From IMG/VR virus record IMGVR_UViG_3300028186_000155: 64,000 nucleotides of DNA; one strand, written 5' to 3'. Shown piece after piece: positions 56,495-64,000 of this stretch. The notes beneath the pieces were generated by a model, which was not told the DNA's origin, did no database searches, and saw only the letters and a list, made by a program, of their open reading frames with translations. Source of the stretch: a virus. Lineage: Duplodnaviria > Caudoviricetes. A program made the translations under genes and the position numbers. Positions within the stretch are counted from its first letter, which is position 1, and each line of letters opens with the position of its first letter.

Positions 56495-58456
56495 TCAGAT
56501 GAACACGATGCTATGCATGTATTCGTCCGCGTCCTTGTTGTTCTGGTGGAACGCGTTGTAAGCAGCCTGCGACAGCGGCAATTCCAGTTCATTGCGTTCG
56601 TTGAGGAACGCGCCGTGCAGTTGCGCCCCGCGTGGGAACGGTGGGGCCAGATCGTTGATGTGGTCCGCGTAGCTGGCCGCGCCTTTGGTAGGGCCATTGG
56701 CCGCCATGGTATCCAGATTCAGCACGTGGAATTCGGCCTCTTCACCAACGTGCAGATTGAACGCCGCGAAGCGCTCCACCGCATTGGCTTTACGCATCAC
56801 AATACCACGCGTGGTTTGTGCGGCCAGCAGCAGGAATTGCGAAGCGCTGTAAAGGTTGCCGTTGCCTGTGATCGTGATTTCGTTGGAATAGGCTTGGTCG
56901 TAGAACGCGGCAGGCGTGTAGTTGGTCTTGCTCTCCAAATGGAATTCCACACCAGCCACGTGATCGTTTTCGAAACCGAGATTTTTGTGCATGATTTCGC
57001 CCAGTTGATCGCTGGTCATTACGTCGAAAAGACGGAACACCTGTTCAACCGATTCGCACAGCCCTTTGGTGTTGGCGTACATCACGTAACCGCCCCCGGA
57101 TTCCTCGACAAAAACTTCGGCGCGGTTTTCGGTCACGCGTGCCTTGAAATTGCAGGTTTCCAGATTCCACCAAACGCGGGCGCCGTCTTCGTCCAGAATC
57201 TGCTCGGATTCGAGTTCATGACGCAGCGTGTTAGGCCACAGTTCCATCATGGCGCGGAAGCCCGGACCGTTCACCAGTTCGGCGTAAACGTTGCGGTGAA
57301 CGTTTGCAGGCATTTCATCCATGATGGCCGCGAAATCCTTGGACAGGTGCTGCACCCGATCCAAATCACGCTTAGTGAAGAAATCGTAAATTTCGTCACC
57401 CTCGGAAAACGCAGCGGCCCGCACGGCCTTGCGTGGCGCGTGGAATTCTTCATCAAGCACAGAGCCATCCATGACGTAAATGCCACGGTCGTGCATGTCG
57501 TTCAGCGCGTCATAGCTGGGAAGCGAAGCCATGTTGTCGGAAAGCCACCGGCCAACTGGCGCCGCCGAAAACATTTGCTGAATTTCCGCGTGTTGCTCAG
57601 GCGACAGGCGCGCATAGTTGCGCTGTAGAACAGCCTTGCGATAAAGCACGTCGATTTGCTGCCTCGGGTGCTTGTCCTGCATGGCATCAAGCATGCTGCC
57701 CGAAAATTCGTTGAGCATGTCCGAATCACCTTCGACCACGTGCGCGTAAATATCGGCTTCACGGCGGTTGAAAGTAGTGTCGCAATACGCTTCCAGATCG
57801 CTATGGTGTTCGAGCCATACATTGCTGAAAACGAACGAAGGTTTTTTCACTTTCTCGACCACGGTTTTTGCTCCCCCGACAGGTGCGTTCTTTTTGTCGT
57901 CTTCGGACAACGGCGGCAAAGATTTTTTGCCCTGCGCTTTCACAGGCTTTTCATCGACCGCGCTTTCGTCTTTGGCACCGGTAGGCTTGGCGAATTCCGA
58001 TTGAGGAACAACGGAATATTTCAGCAGGTCCAAATCGAATTCGTCTTCGAGTGCCAGCAAAGTTTTGTCGCTCGGCAGCGAATGCTGGGTAAGCCACGAA
58101 TTGACGGTTTCGCGCTTGAATCGCTTGCGCAGCTGGTCGATTACCTCGGTGCCTGCCTTGTTCAGGCCGTAGGCTACAAGGGCCTTCATGTAAAGCCCGT
58201 AGACGTTGACCTGCTGCCCCTTGAGGATTTTGGCCATCGCGTCCAAATCTTCCGCCACCAGCGTCAACAGCTTTTGCGGCTCGCCATCGGTGTACGCGGC
58301 ATAGGCGCGGAATTCATCGTCGCCCGTTTTCGCCAGCGCATCGGTAAAGCCCTTGAGCGTTTTGTAACGCAGCTTCCACATGTTGGCGAAAGTGGGTTGC
58401 TCTTTTGGGGTGATTTTCTTGTCGGTGGCTTTGTTGAGGGCTACGCGATTTTTCAT
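56495..58456 (-). CDS. Large hypothetical protein (653 aa) with a Lys-rich linker
   Basis: SD AGGAG; biased codons; own terminator. Confidence 0.8.
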   Translation of the reverse strand: MKNRVALNKATDKKITPKEQPTFANMWKLRYKTLKGFTDALAKTGDDEFRAYAAYTDGEPQKLLTLVAEDLDAMAKILKGQQVNVYGLYMKALVAYGLNKAGTEVIDQLRKRFKRETVNSWLTQHSLPSDKTLLALEDEFDLDLLKYSVVPQSEFAKPTGAKDESAVDEKPVKAQGKKSLPPLSEDDKKNAPVGGAKTVVEKVKKPSFVFSNVWLEHHSDLEAYCDTTFNRREADIYAHVVEGDSDMLNEFSGSMLDAMQDKHPRQQIDVLYRKAVLQRNYARLSPEQHAEIQQMFSAAPVGRWLSDNMASLPSYDALNDMHDRGIYVMDGSVLDEEFHAPRKAVRAAAFSEGDEIYDFFTKRDLDRVQHLSKDFAAIMDEMPANVHRNVYAELVNGPGFRAMMELWPNTLRHELESEQILDEDGARVWWNLETCNFKARVTENRAEVFVEESGGGYVMYANTKGLCESVEQVFRLFDVMTSDQLGEIMHKNLGFENDHVAGVEFHLESKTNYTPAAFYDQAYSNEITITGNGNLYSASQFLLLAAQTTRGIVMRKANAVERFAAFNLHVGEEAEFHVLNLDTMAANGPTKGAASYADHINDLAPPFPRGAQLHGAFLNERNELELPLSQAAYNAFHQNNKDADEYMHSIVFI

Positions 58457-58470
58457 GGTGTTACTCCTAA

Positions 58471-58500
58471 AGTGGGGACCGCCAACAGGGCGTGGTCCCC
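58471..58500 (-). promoter_or_regulatory. Leader hairpin directly upstream of the SD
   Basis: GGGGACC-ACGCC-CTGTT-GGC-GGTCCCC then ACTTTAGGAG. Confidence 0.5.
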
Positions 58501-58510
58501 TTTCTGAAAT

Positions 58511-59320
58511 TTACTTGTTGTTGAGTTCTTGCGCTGCCAGTTCGGCAAAGCGGGAATCCACTTCACACAATTGTTTCAGGTAGCGTTTCGGGAAATTGTT
58601 AATCGACTGGGCGCCGCTGTACAGTTCGTGGCTCGACTTGTACATGCTGGTCATGTCGTGGAAGAAAAGCAATTCGCCAACCGTCATGCGGTAATAGCGG
58701 GTCATGCCGAAATTCGGAATTGCCTCACACAGGCGCCCCCACACTTCGGGAATGTCACGACCGATCATCATTTCCTCAAACTGGGTTTTGCTCATGAGTT
58801 TGAGAATGTGCACATGGCCGAAACGCTGCACCGTGTTCTCAAACCAGCGGGCGCGGAATTCTTGCTGAATGATGCCCTCGATGTACTCGACACGCTCGCC
58901 GGTTTCGTCCGCAATGATTTGGATGTGTTCGGCGGTCGGTACGTGCGTGCCGTTGTGCTTGAACAGCTGGTAGCGCAGCGCAGGCAACGGCAGGGCCATA
59001 AAGGTCGATTGGTAGAGGTTCACGAAATCAGTGAACGGCGTAGCGGTGTCGCTTCCCTCGAAATACGGGCCGACCTGATAAACGTGTGAACGGTCGGTTT
59101 TCGCTTTCTTGCCTCGGATGATCCATTGCTTGGCGGAACCCAGTTCGCGCTGGTCGAGAATCATCCAGACGTTTGGGCAGGCCTGCTTGAAAAGCAAATC
59201 GGCTTCATCCTTGGACAGCGCCATAACGTGCGCTTCCATTTTGGTGACTGCCGGGGTCAGCACGGTGAAAATGAAATGGAAGTGTTTCAGCGAATGCGTG
59301 GTGCGGGAAAGCGTAGCCAT
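58511..59320 (-). CDS. Hypothetical protein
   Basis: SD GAGG. Confidence 0.7.
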   Translation of the reverse strand: MATLSRTTHSLKHFHFIFTVLTPAVTKMEAHVMALSKDEADLLFKQACPNVWMILDQRELGSAKQWIIRGKKAKTDRSHVYQVGPYFEGSDTATPFTDFVNLYQSTFMALPLPALRYQLFKHNGTHVPTAEHIQIIADETGERVEYIEGIIQQEFRARWFENTVQRFGHVHILKLMSKTQFEEMMIGRDIPEVWGRLCEAIPNFGMTRYYRMTVGELLFFHDMTSMYKSSHELYSGAQSINNFPKRYLKQLCEVDSRFAELAAQELNNK

Positions 59321-59338
59321 TGTGAACCTCGTAGGGGC

Positions 59339-59596
59339 CTAGTTATTAATCAACAGTGCAAAGCAAACAACGAACGCCACCATATTGAAGCGTTCGAATC
59401 GGGCAGTCCAACGGTCGGTATTGCGCCCTACAAAAAGCAGCGACACAACCGAAAGCAGGATTCCCAAGGTGCCGATAATGGCGTGCGCCATTTGGCTATT
59501 AAACGGAACGGCAATCCAGCACAGGCTCAGCAATCCAACGACGATGCCTGAATGGGGGCGCATAAGCAGTGCCCGCGTAGTTTTCATTGTACCCAT
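59339..59596 (-). CDS. Small 3-TM membrane protein
   Basis: Three hydrophobic segments; lies downstream of the structured RNA. Confidence 0.65.
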   Translation of the reverse strand: MGTMKTTRALLMRPHSGIVVGLLSLCWIAVPFNSQMAHAIIGTLGILLSVVSLLFVGRNTDRWTARFERFNMVAFVVCFALLINN

Positions 59597-59604
59597 GGAA
59601 ACTT

Positions 59605-59703
59605 CCCTTAATCCGTGAGGGTGTAGGTAACAGGCAGCAAATGCCCAGCCACCAATCTGACAGACGGTCGCCCATCTGTCAACACTTGCCCACGGATCAA
59701 GGG
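59605..59703 (-). ncRNA. Candidate structured RNA (three-way junction), 5' leader or small RNA
   Basis: 15-bp closing stem plus 4-bp extension, 10-bp GCGA-tetraloop hairpin, third hairpin; G-U pairs work only on the - strand. Confidence 0.6.
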
Positions 59704-59765
59704 CTTAGGCCCCAATGGGAGCGGCTATAGGCCTGTGCACACGCGCACGCGTATACAGGGCAGGG

Positions 59766-60245
59766 TTAGGCCGGGTCAACCCCTGCACCGGCTTCCTTGG
59801 CGTGCTCCAGCTTGGCCGCCACCTGCGCCAGTTGAACCACGGTGTATTGCTCGGGCGACATGAGATTGGCCAACCCGGCGTCAATGGTGAACCACTCGCG
59901 CTTGCGCAATTGGAACTCTTCCCAATCGCAATAGGAAGCGAACGAAGCGCGGAAATAAATCTCGCGCTGGATCTTTGCCGGGTGATCGTCGGTTGCTTCG
60001 TAGGACAATACTTCGTCGTAAATCTTTTCACGCAGGAAAACTTCCATGCCTGCCTCTTCACGGGTTTCCTTCTGCGCGTTTTGTGCCTCGGTCAAACCTT
60101 CCTCCAAACCACCTTTGGGCAAAACCCACAGGCCGGGGAATTTCAGTGACGTGACCAGCAACACTTTATTGGTATCGTAGGAAATGACGGCAACGCCGGT
60201 AGCGGTGCGGCTATAGTTCAGGTCTTCAGATTTAACGACGTTCAT
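59766..60245 (-). CDS. Nudix hydrolase (DIPP/Ap6A-like), second copy
   Basis: VLLVTS...WVLPKGGLE......NAQKETREEAG. Confidence 0.85.
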   Translation of the reverse strand: MNVVKSEDLNYSRTATGVAVISYDTNKVLLVTSLKFPGLWVLPKGGLEEGLTEAQNAQKETREEAGMEVFLREKIYDEVLSYEATDDHPAKIQREIYFRASFASYCDWEEFQLRKREWFTIDAGLANLMSPEQYTVVQLAQVAAKLEHAKEAGAGVDPA

Positions 60246-60953
60246 TTAGCAGTCTCCAATGTAATCAGTAACGAAGGGTCCGAAATTGCGGTTGAGCGCA
60301 TCACGCAAAGGCTTCACGCAACGCACCACAAAGCCAAAATCTTTCAGGTCGAAATAAAGTTCGTAGGGCACGGGGCCTGCCATATTCCACAGCTTCACAC
60401 ACTGGTTAATCAGTGCGATGCGGAATGTGTGGTTGCCTCGCAGGTGCATGTAGCCTATGGCCGTCATGTGATTGATAGTATCGTGCACCGCCTGTTCTAC
60501 AAGCCGAATGTATTGGCGAACATGCGCAGAGTCCAACGGATTATATCCATTGTCTTTCAGGATGCTGCGAAGCCGGTCTACACTATTTCCGACGTTTTCG
60601 ATGATGGATGCAACGACCACCAAATCAAACATGGGCATAGCGTGGCCGGATTCCACGCTGGGGCAAACCACCGCACCAATCCCCGGATACATGTGAAAAA
60701 ACGACCAACCATTTCTGTCTAATTGGTCCCTCACCGCTTTCGTCAGGTAACGCGGCCTTTCTGACCAATACATCCGAAATTCATCACGCTTCCAGCCATT
60801 CGACAAATAATGCATGATGGCTCGATTGAACAGAATTTGTGAATCTGGCTGTTCTTTGATCGGCACCAAAAACCCCATACCGCGTTCGACCTTGTGGGCC
60901 AAACACTCTTCTAGGTCGAAAGAGATTTTGTACAGCGGAATAGACAAATTCAC
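60246..60953 (-). CDS. Hypothetical protein
   Basis: GTGA overlap. Confidence 0.65.
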   Translation of the reverse strand: MNLSIPLYKISFDLEECLAHKVERGMGFLVPIKEQPDSQILFNRAIMHYLSNGWKRDEFRMYWSERPRYLTKAVRDQLDRNGWSFFHMYPGIGAVVCPSVESGHAMPMFDLVVVASIIENVGNSVDRLRSILKDNGYNPLDSAHVRQYIRLVEQAVHDTINHMTAIGYMHLRGNHTFRIALINQCVKLWNMAGPVPYELYFDLKDFGFVVRCVKPLRDALNRNFGPFVTDYIGDC

Positions 60954-61333
60954 ACGGTGCCCCTTTCGTCCTGAAGTTCGGTGTAGATTTCACGTGCAAT
61001 GCGTTCGATTTGTCGCTGGCGTTTGCCACGCTTGGCAATCTTCATTTTCTCACGGCGTTTGCGCACCACACGATCATGCAGCAACATGCCTGCAACCCAA
61101 CCGGCGCCAGCACCAAACGAGGCAAATAGCGCGTAGTACGGATTGGGCAAATCACGCGTGGCACCCACAACAAAAAGCGTGACCAAAATTTCGCAAGCAT
61201 TCATCAGGGTGCCGGTGATGCCAGCCGCCGTTTTGTGGCCGCTGGAAACTGCCTTGCTCTGAAAACCACGAAGCAACGTCGTGACGAACAAAACGCACGC
61301 CATGGCCAGCACCACAAAAACGGTATGATTCAT
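60950..61333 (-). CDS. Multi-TM membrane protein
   Basis: Three hydrophobic segments; FGAGAGWVAGM. Confidence 0.7.
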   Translation of the reverse strand: MNHTVFVVLAMACVLFVTTLLRGFQSKAVSSGHKTAAGITGTLMNACEILVTLFVVGATRDLPNPYYALFASFGAGAGWVAGMLLHDRVVRKRREKMKIAKRGKRQRQIERIAREIYTELQDERGTV

Positions 61334-61944
61334 TTCGGTTCCTTACCCAAAATGTGCACTTGATCACTCGGCAAAATGGTCAGCCGGTCATCCGTGAAAA
61401 AATCATCCATCAGGCCGCTTTGAATGTCTTTGTACACACGCAGGCGCCAGTTCTGGAATTTGTCAGGTTCTGCACCTTCAGGCAGTGGCCGCGCCAGATC
61501 GTTTTCGATCACACCAATTTCCAGCATCAGTGCAGCTTCGATGGCGCCGGTCAGCTGCTGCATTTCTCTGCGGGCGTAGAGGGGGATTGCGTGGGCAAAG
61601 ATTTCCATTTGCACCGTGACGAATCCGCCGTCGAAATACACCCAGCAATTACGCGTGGCGTTGTCGCACATCCGCTTCGATTTCTTCCAGAATTCATCAG
61701 GCGGCATGCCTTCCAGCTGCTGATATTCTGGTTGTTGTGCGTGCCAGCAGAAACGGGCGGCAGGAATCAATACGTCTTGGCGCCACCACTCGCGCATATC
61801 GTGCTGCGCCTGTTCCCGGCCACGCAGGGCCTTGCCGTTCGGTTGGAATTTGAACCGCGCTTCCATATCCGGCGAAGGGAAACGGAAGGTAACGATGTGA
61901 GGCCGTGCACTGATAGGTATCAGATCGGAGATATTAACGTTCAT
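61330..61944 (-). CDS. Hypothetical protein
   Basis: Overlap packing. Confidence 0.7.
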   Translation of the reverse strand: MNVNISDLIPISARPHIVTFRFPSPDMEARFKFQPNGKALRGREQAQHDMREWWRQDVLIPAARFCWHAQQPEYQQLEGMPPDEFWKKSKRMCDNATRNCWVYFDGGFVTVQMEIFAHAIPLYARREMQQLTGAIEAALMLEIGVIENDLARPLPEGAEPDKFQNWRLRVYKDIQSGLMDDFFTDDRLTILPSDQVHILGKEPK

Positions 61945-62266
61945 ATTTTTTGGCCTCTTTCTCTCGGGCGTTGCGGTCTTCGATAAACTCGCGGTACTTT
62001 CGATATTTCACACGTAGCTTGTCCGAATTATTGGGCGTACACGACATGGTTAGCGAAATGGAAAGTTTGTAGCAAACCACGTCGGCCTCGGAATCGTAGG
62101 TACGTTGCACGTCCGTGACGCCGGGGCCGTTAACACCGTTGTCGAACATGTAGGGCGAATTTTCAACCCATTGGTTGGTGACGGTTTCCGCACGCGCATT
62201 GGACGCGATCACCAGCAACACGGAAATCAGCAGGATGGTCAACCAGTGTTTTTCTAACATTTTCAT
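61934..62266 (-). CDS. Exported protein, paralog A
   Basis: Signal peptide ending ARA; YD.E..VVCY...SC. Confidence 0.65.
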   Translation of the reverse strand: MKMLEKHWLTILLISVLLVIASNARAETVTNQWVENSPYMFDNGVNGPGVTDVQRTYDSEADVVCYKLSISLTMSCTPNNSDKLRVKYRKYREFIEDRNAREKEAKKYER

Positions 62267-62268
62267 TC

Positions 62269-62544
62269 CTAGAGGCCGAGGTTCTCTTCGATGGTTTGGC
62301 GCCACTTGACGGCAGAGCATGCGAACATTCCGCTTTTGTTTAGCTCGTAGCACACAACACCAGTCTGTTGGTCGTAATAGCGGACAACGGTCGTTGATCC
62401 GACTTCGAAACGCTGGCCCTTGATTGGGTTCTCCGCGTGGGCGGCATTGGCCTCAACTTTGGAGCCTTGGCCGAACACCGACCACACAGCCAGCATCAGA
62501 CATGCGGCGCCCAACGCACCAAAACAAAACGTCGTGTCTTTCAT
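62269..62544 (-). CDS. Exported/membrane-anchored protein, paralog B
   Basis: N-terminal hydrophobic segment; YDQQTGVVCY...AC. Confidence 0.65.
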   Translation of the reverse strand: MKDTTFCFGALGAACLMLAVWSVFGQGSKVEANAAHAENPIKGQRFEVGSTTVVRYYDQQTGVVCYELNKSGMFACSAVKWRQTIEENLGL

Positions 62545-63011
62545 GAAAGTTGCTCCAAAATTTCCTTTCCGACCAATTCTGCTGCTTCCTCGACCACACG
62601 CATAACGATCATGTCTAAAACTTTGTCCACCAGATCAGCGTGGGCCTGTGCTTCTTTAGCCGTGCTAAACAGTTGACCCGTAGAAAGGCCGTGCGGCAAT
62701 CCAGCTTTTTCCAGATCGAAACCACCCGTGATCCGCACGTACCAACCACCGCTGTAGTAAATGTGGGTCCAGCGGCTTTCGCGGCCCTTGTTCCCATCAC
62801 GGACCGTCACGCCCGAAATCGGTTTAACCAATTTTGGGTCCAAACAGTCGATAGGCGGGTACGGGGGAATGTACACCTGCACGCGTGACGTTTGTTCCTC
62901 ACGTACACATATTAGCTTCCCGCAACACTCGCTGATAAAATTCGGGACTGTATAACTCTGCAATTTCTGGTTGCAGTACGGGCACTTCAGAACTTCCGGC
63001 AAGGTGTTCAT
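62541..63011 (-). CDS. Zn-ribbon-containing hypothetical protein
   Basis: CPYC...CCG. Confidence 0.6.
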   Translation of the reverse strand: MNTLPEVLKCPYCNQKLQSYTVPNFISECCGKLICVREEQTSRVQVYIPPYPPIDCLDPKLVKPISGVTVRDGNKGRESRWTHIYYSGGWYVRITGGFDLEKAGLPHGLSTGQLFSTAKEAQAHADLVDKVLDMIVMRVVEEAAELVGKEILEQLS

Positions 63012-63150
63012 AATGGGTTCTCAGGATCTTGGTAAGTGCGCCGCACCAACGGCAGCGCACAGAAATTTCAGCTTGAGCAAACAGGGACGCGACTTCGGGG
63101 CTAACGTAAATTCGCCGCCGACACGATCCACAGTTAGATATCTGGATCAT
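62899..63150 (-). CDS. Small Zn-ribbon protein
   Basis: CGSC...CRWC. Confidence 0.5.
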   Translation of the reverse strand: MIQISNCGSCRRRIYVSPEVASLFAQAEISVRCRWCGALTKILRTHYEHLAGSSEVPVLQPEIAELYSPEFYQRVLREANMCT

Positions 63151-63640
63151 TCTGGTCCAGTTTATATTTCTTGATCCCTTTGAGAACCATGCGGTGCAGG
63201 TGTTCGTTTTCCTGCTCCAGCATTTGCATCATGTACGAACCGGTAAATTCGTAACCCGTTTCTTTGACCTGCACCATCGCATTGGTGTGCAGGATGTAAA
63301 TCAGAAATTCGCCGTCGTGTGTGCCATATACGCCGCACGGCAGCAGGTCAACGTAGGGCGGTTCATCTTTGATCGGAATTTCCAGTAGCAGGCGGTAGCG
63401 GTGGGCATTGTCTTGCTTGATGTGGGAAGCATCCAGCAAATGCGTGTAGCCGAACCAGTGATCTTTGTTGCGCTCTTCTCGGCGGAAAGCCAGCTTTTTC
63501 AACACTTCGCCATGGGGCAGGCGCCCGCGCAAGGTAAGGCACGATGACAGATCCATGTGGTCTTTTGGATTCTGCACACCGCCAACCGAAATGTCACCTT
63601 GGGCGTTCCGTTTGATTTGTACAATTTGTGTGAAATGCAT
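63134..63640 (-). CDS. Hypothetical protein
   Basis: SD AGGA. Confidence 0.65.
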   Translation of the reverse strand: MHFTQIVQIKRNAQGDISVGGVQNPKDHMDLSSCLTLRGRLPHGEVLKKLAFRREERNKDHWFGYTHLLDASHIKQDNAHRYRLLLEIPIKDEPPYVDLLPCGVYGTHDGEFLIYILHTNAMVQVKETGYEFTGSYMMQMLEQENEHLHRMVLKGIKKYKLDQNDPDI

Positions 63641-63658
63641 GGGATTTCCTAAATGGGT

Positions 63659-63880
63659 TTAGACTTGTTTAAGTCGCTCAATTGCCTTGGCCTGTGCCGT
63701 AGCAATTAGTGGCCGATATTGTTCGGCCCGTTCTTCCAGCAGACGTTTGCGCGCCTCATGGAAGTTTTGGAATTTCATTTCCCGTGCCAGCGTTTCCTGC
63801 GCCAACGTGATCTTGGCCCCGGTCGCTTTACGAATTTGTCTGGCACTGAATTTGAAAAGGTCTATTGCATCGTTGATCAT
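63659..63880 (-). CDS. Small helical protein (Glyoxalase_8-like N-terminal domain?)
   Basis: SD GGAG; ARQIRK...AQETLAREMKFQNFH pattern. Confidence 0.45.
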   Translation of the reverse strand: MINDAIDLFKFSARQIRKATGAKITLAQETLAREMKFQNFHEARKRLLEERAEQYRPLIATAQAKAIERLKQV

Positions 63881-63890
63881 TTTCGCTCCG

Positions 63891-63998
63891 CTACCGGCGC
63901 CACCACCGTTTCTTTTCCTTTTGCTCTTCAGGGGTTTTTGCCCGGCCTTCATAGATCGGCACCATGTGGCTAACAGAGTCAACGTGCTGCGCAATTAC
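63891..63998 (-). CDS. 3' end of a gene entering from the right edge
   Basis: Open frame ...KEKKRWWRR*. Confidence 0.45.
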   Translation of the reverse strand, partial: VIAQHVDSVSHMVPIYEGRAKTPEEQKEKKRWWRR

Positions 63999-64000
63999 TT

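Noticed and set aside
56495-57200. Possible DUF932-like similarity in the 653-aa protein
   Set aside because: Only one weak motif (GNLYSA); cannot be supported without a search
36148-57628. Long + strand ORFs in the right arm (36148-37644, 50234-51301, 56441-57628)
   Set aside because: Antisense shadows of - strand genes that have clear motifs and translational coupling
28995-59593. GGTACAATG before four start codons (28997, 35955, 49592, 59587), resembling a -10 box
   Set aside because: Overlaps the ATG itself and is adequately explained as SD plus spacer; no -35 support
1-64000. Stop-codon recoding, diversity-generating retroelement, tRNAs, integrase/transposase
   Set aside because: Genes are full length and tightly packed under the standard code using all three stops; I saw no reverse transcriptase, template/variable repeat pair, cloverleaf or recombinase motif

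Overview
This is a 64-kb fragment of a large (probably jumbo) tailed-phage genome, roughly 52% GC by eye. Its lipoprotein/spanin-like genes imply a Gram-negative host; I cannot assign the taxon without a search. It has two convergent arms that meet at a bidirectional terminator near 26.06 kb. (1) 1-26,035, + strand: a virion-appendage cluster (three paralogous collagen-like proteins, a Cys-rich multi-lectin protein, a discoidin/Gly-rich fibre, two paralogous pairs of tail proteins, a LamG-type fibre), then a four-gene envelope module of unknown function and a lysis-like cassette (holin-like, spanin-like lipoprotein, M15-like peptidase). (2) 26,092-64,000, - strand: about 65 tightly packed small accessory genes, including two Nudix hydrolases, NADAR, DUF4326-like, an HD phosphohydrolase, a glutathionylspermidine-synthase-like ATP-grasp ligase with its YgiB-like lipoprotein partner, a triplet of paralogous lipoproteins, Arc/RHH and AP2 DNA-binding proteins, and several paralog families. 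Signals beyond the ORF track: seven exact co-oriented copies of AAACTGTAAAC at gene boundaries (candidate phage promoter); a second TAATTTAA(T/A) motif; a ~100-nt three-way-junction RNA at 59,605-59,703; two Calx-beta domains each split at the same loop by a different inserted lectin-like domain; and three tandem degenerate P-loop 'pseudo-ATPases'. I saw no tRNA, rRNA, CRISPR array, integrase or reverse transcriptase. Family assignments come from motif recognition by eye, not database searches.
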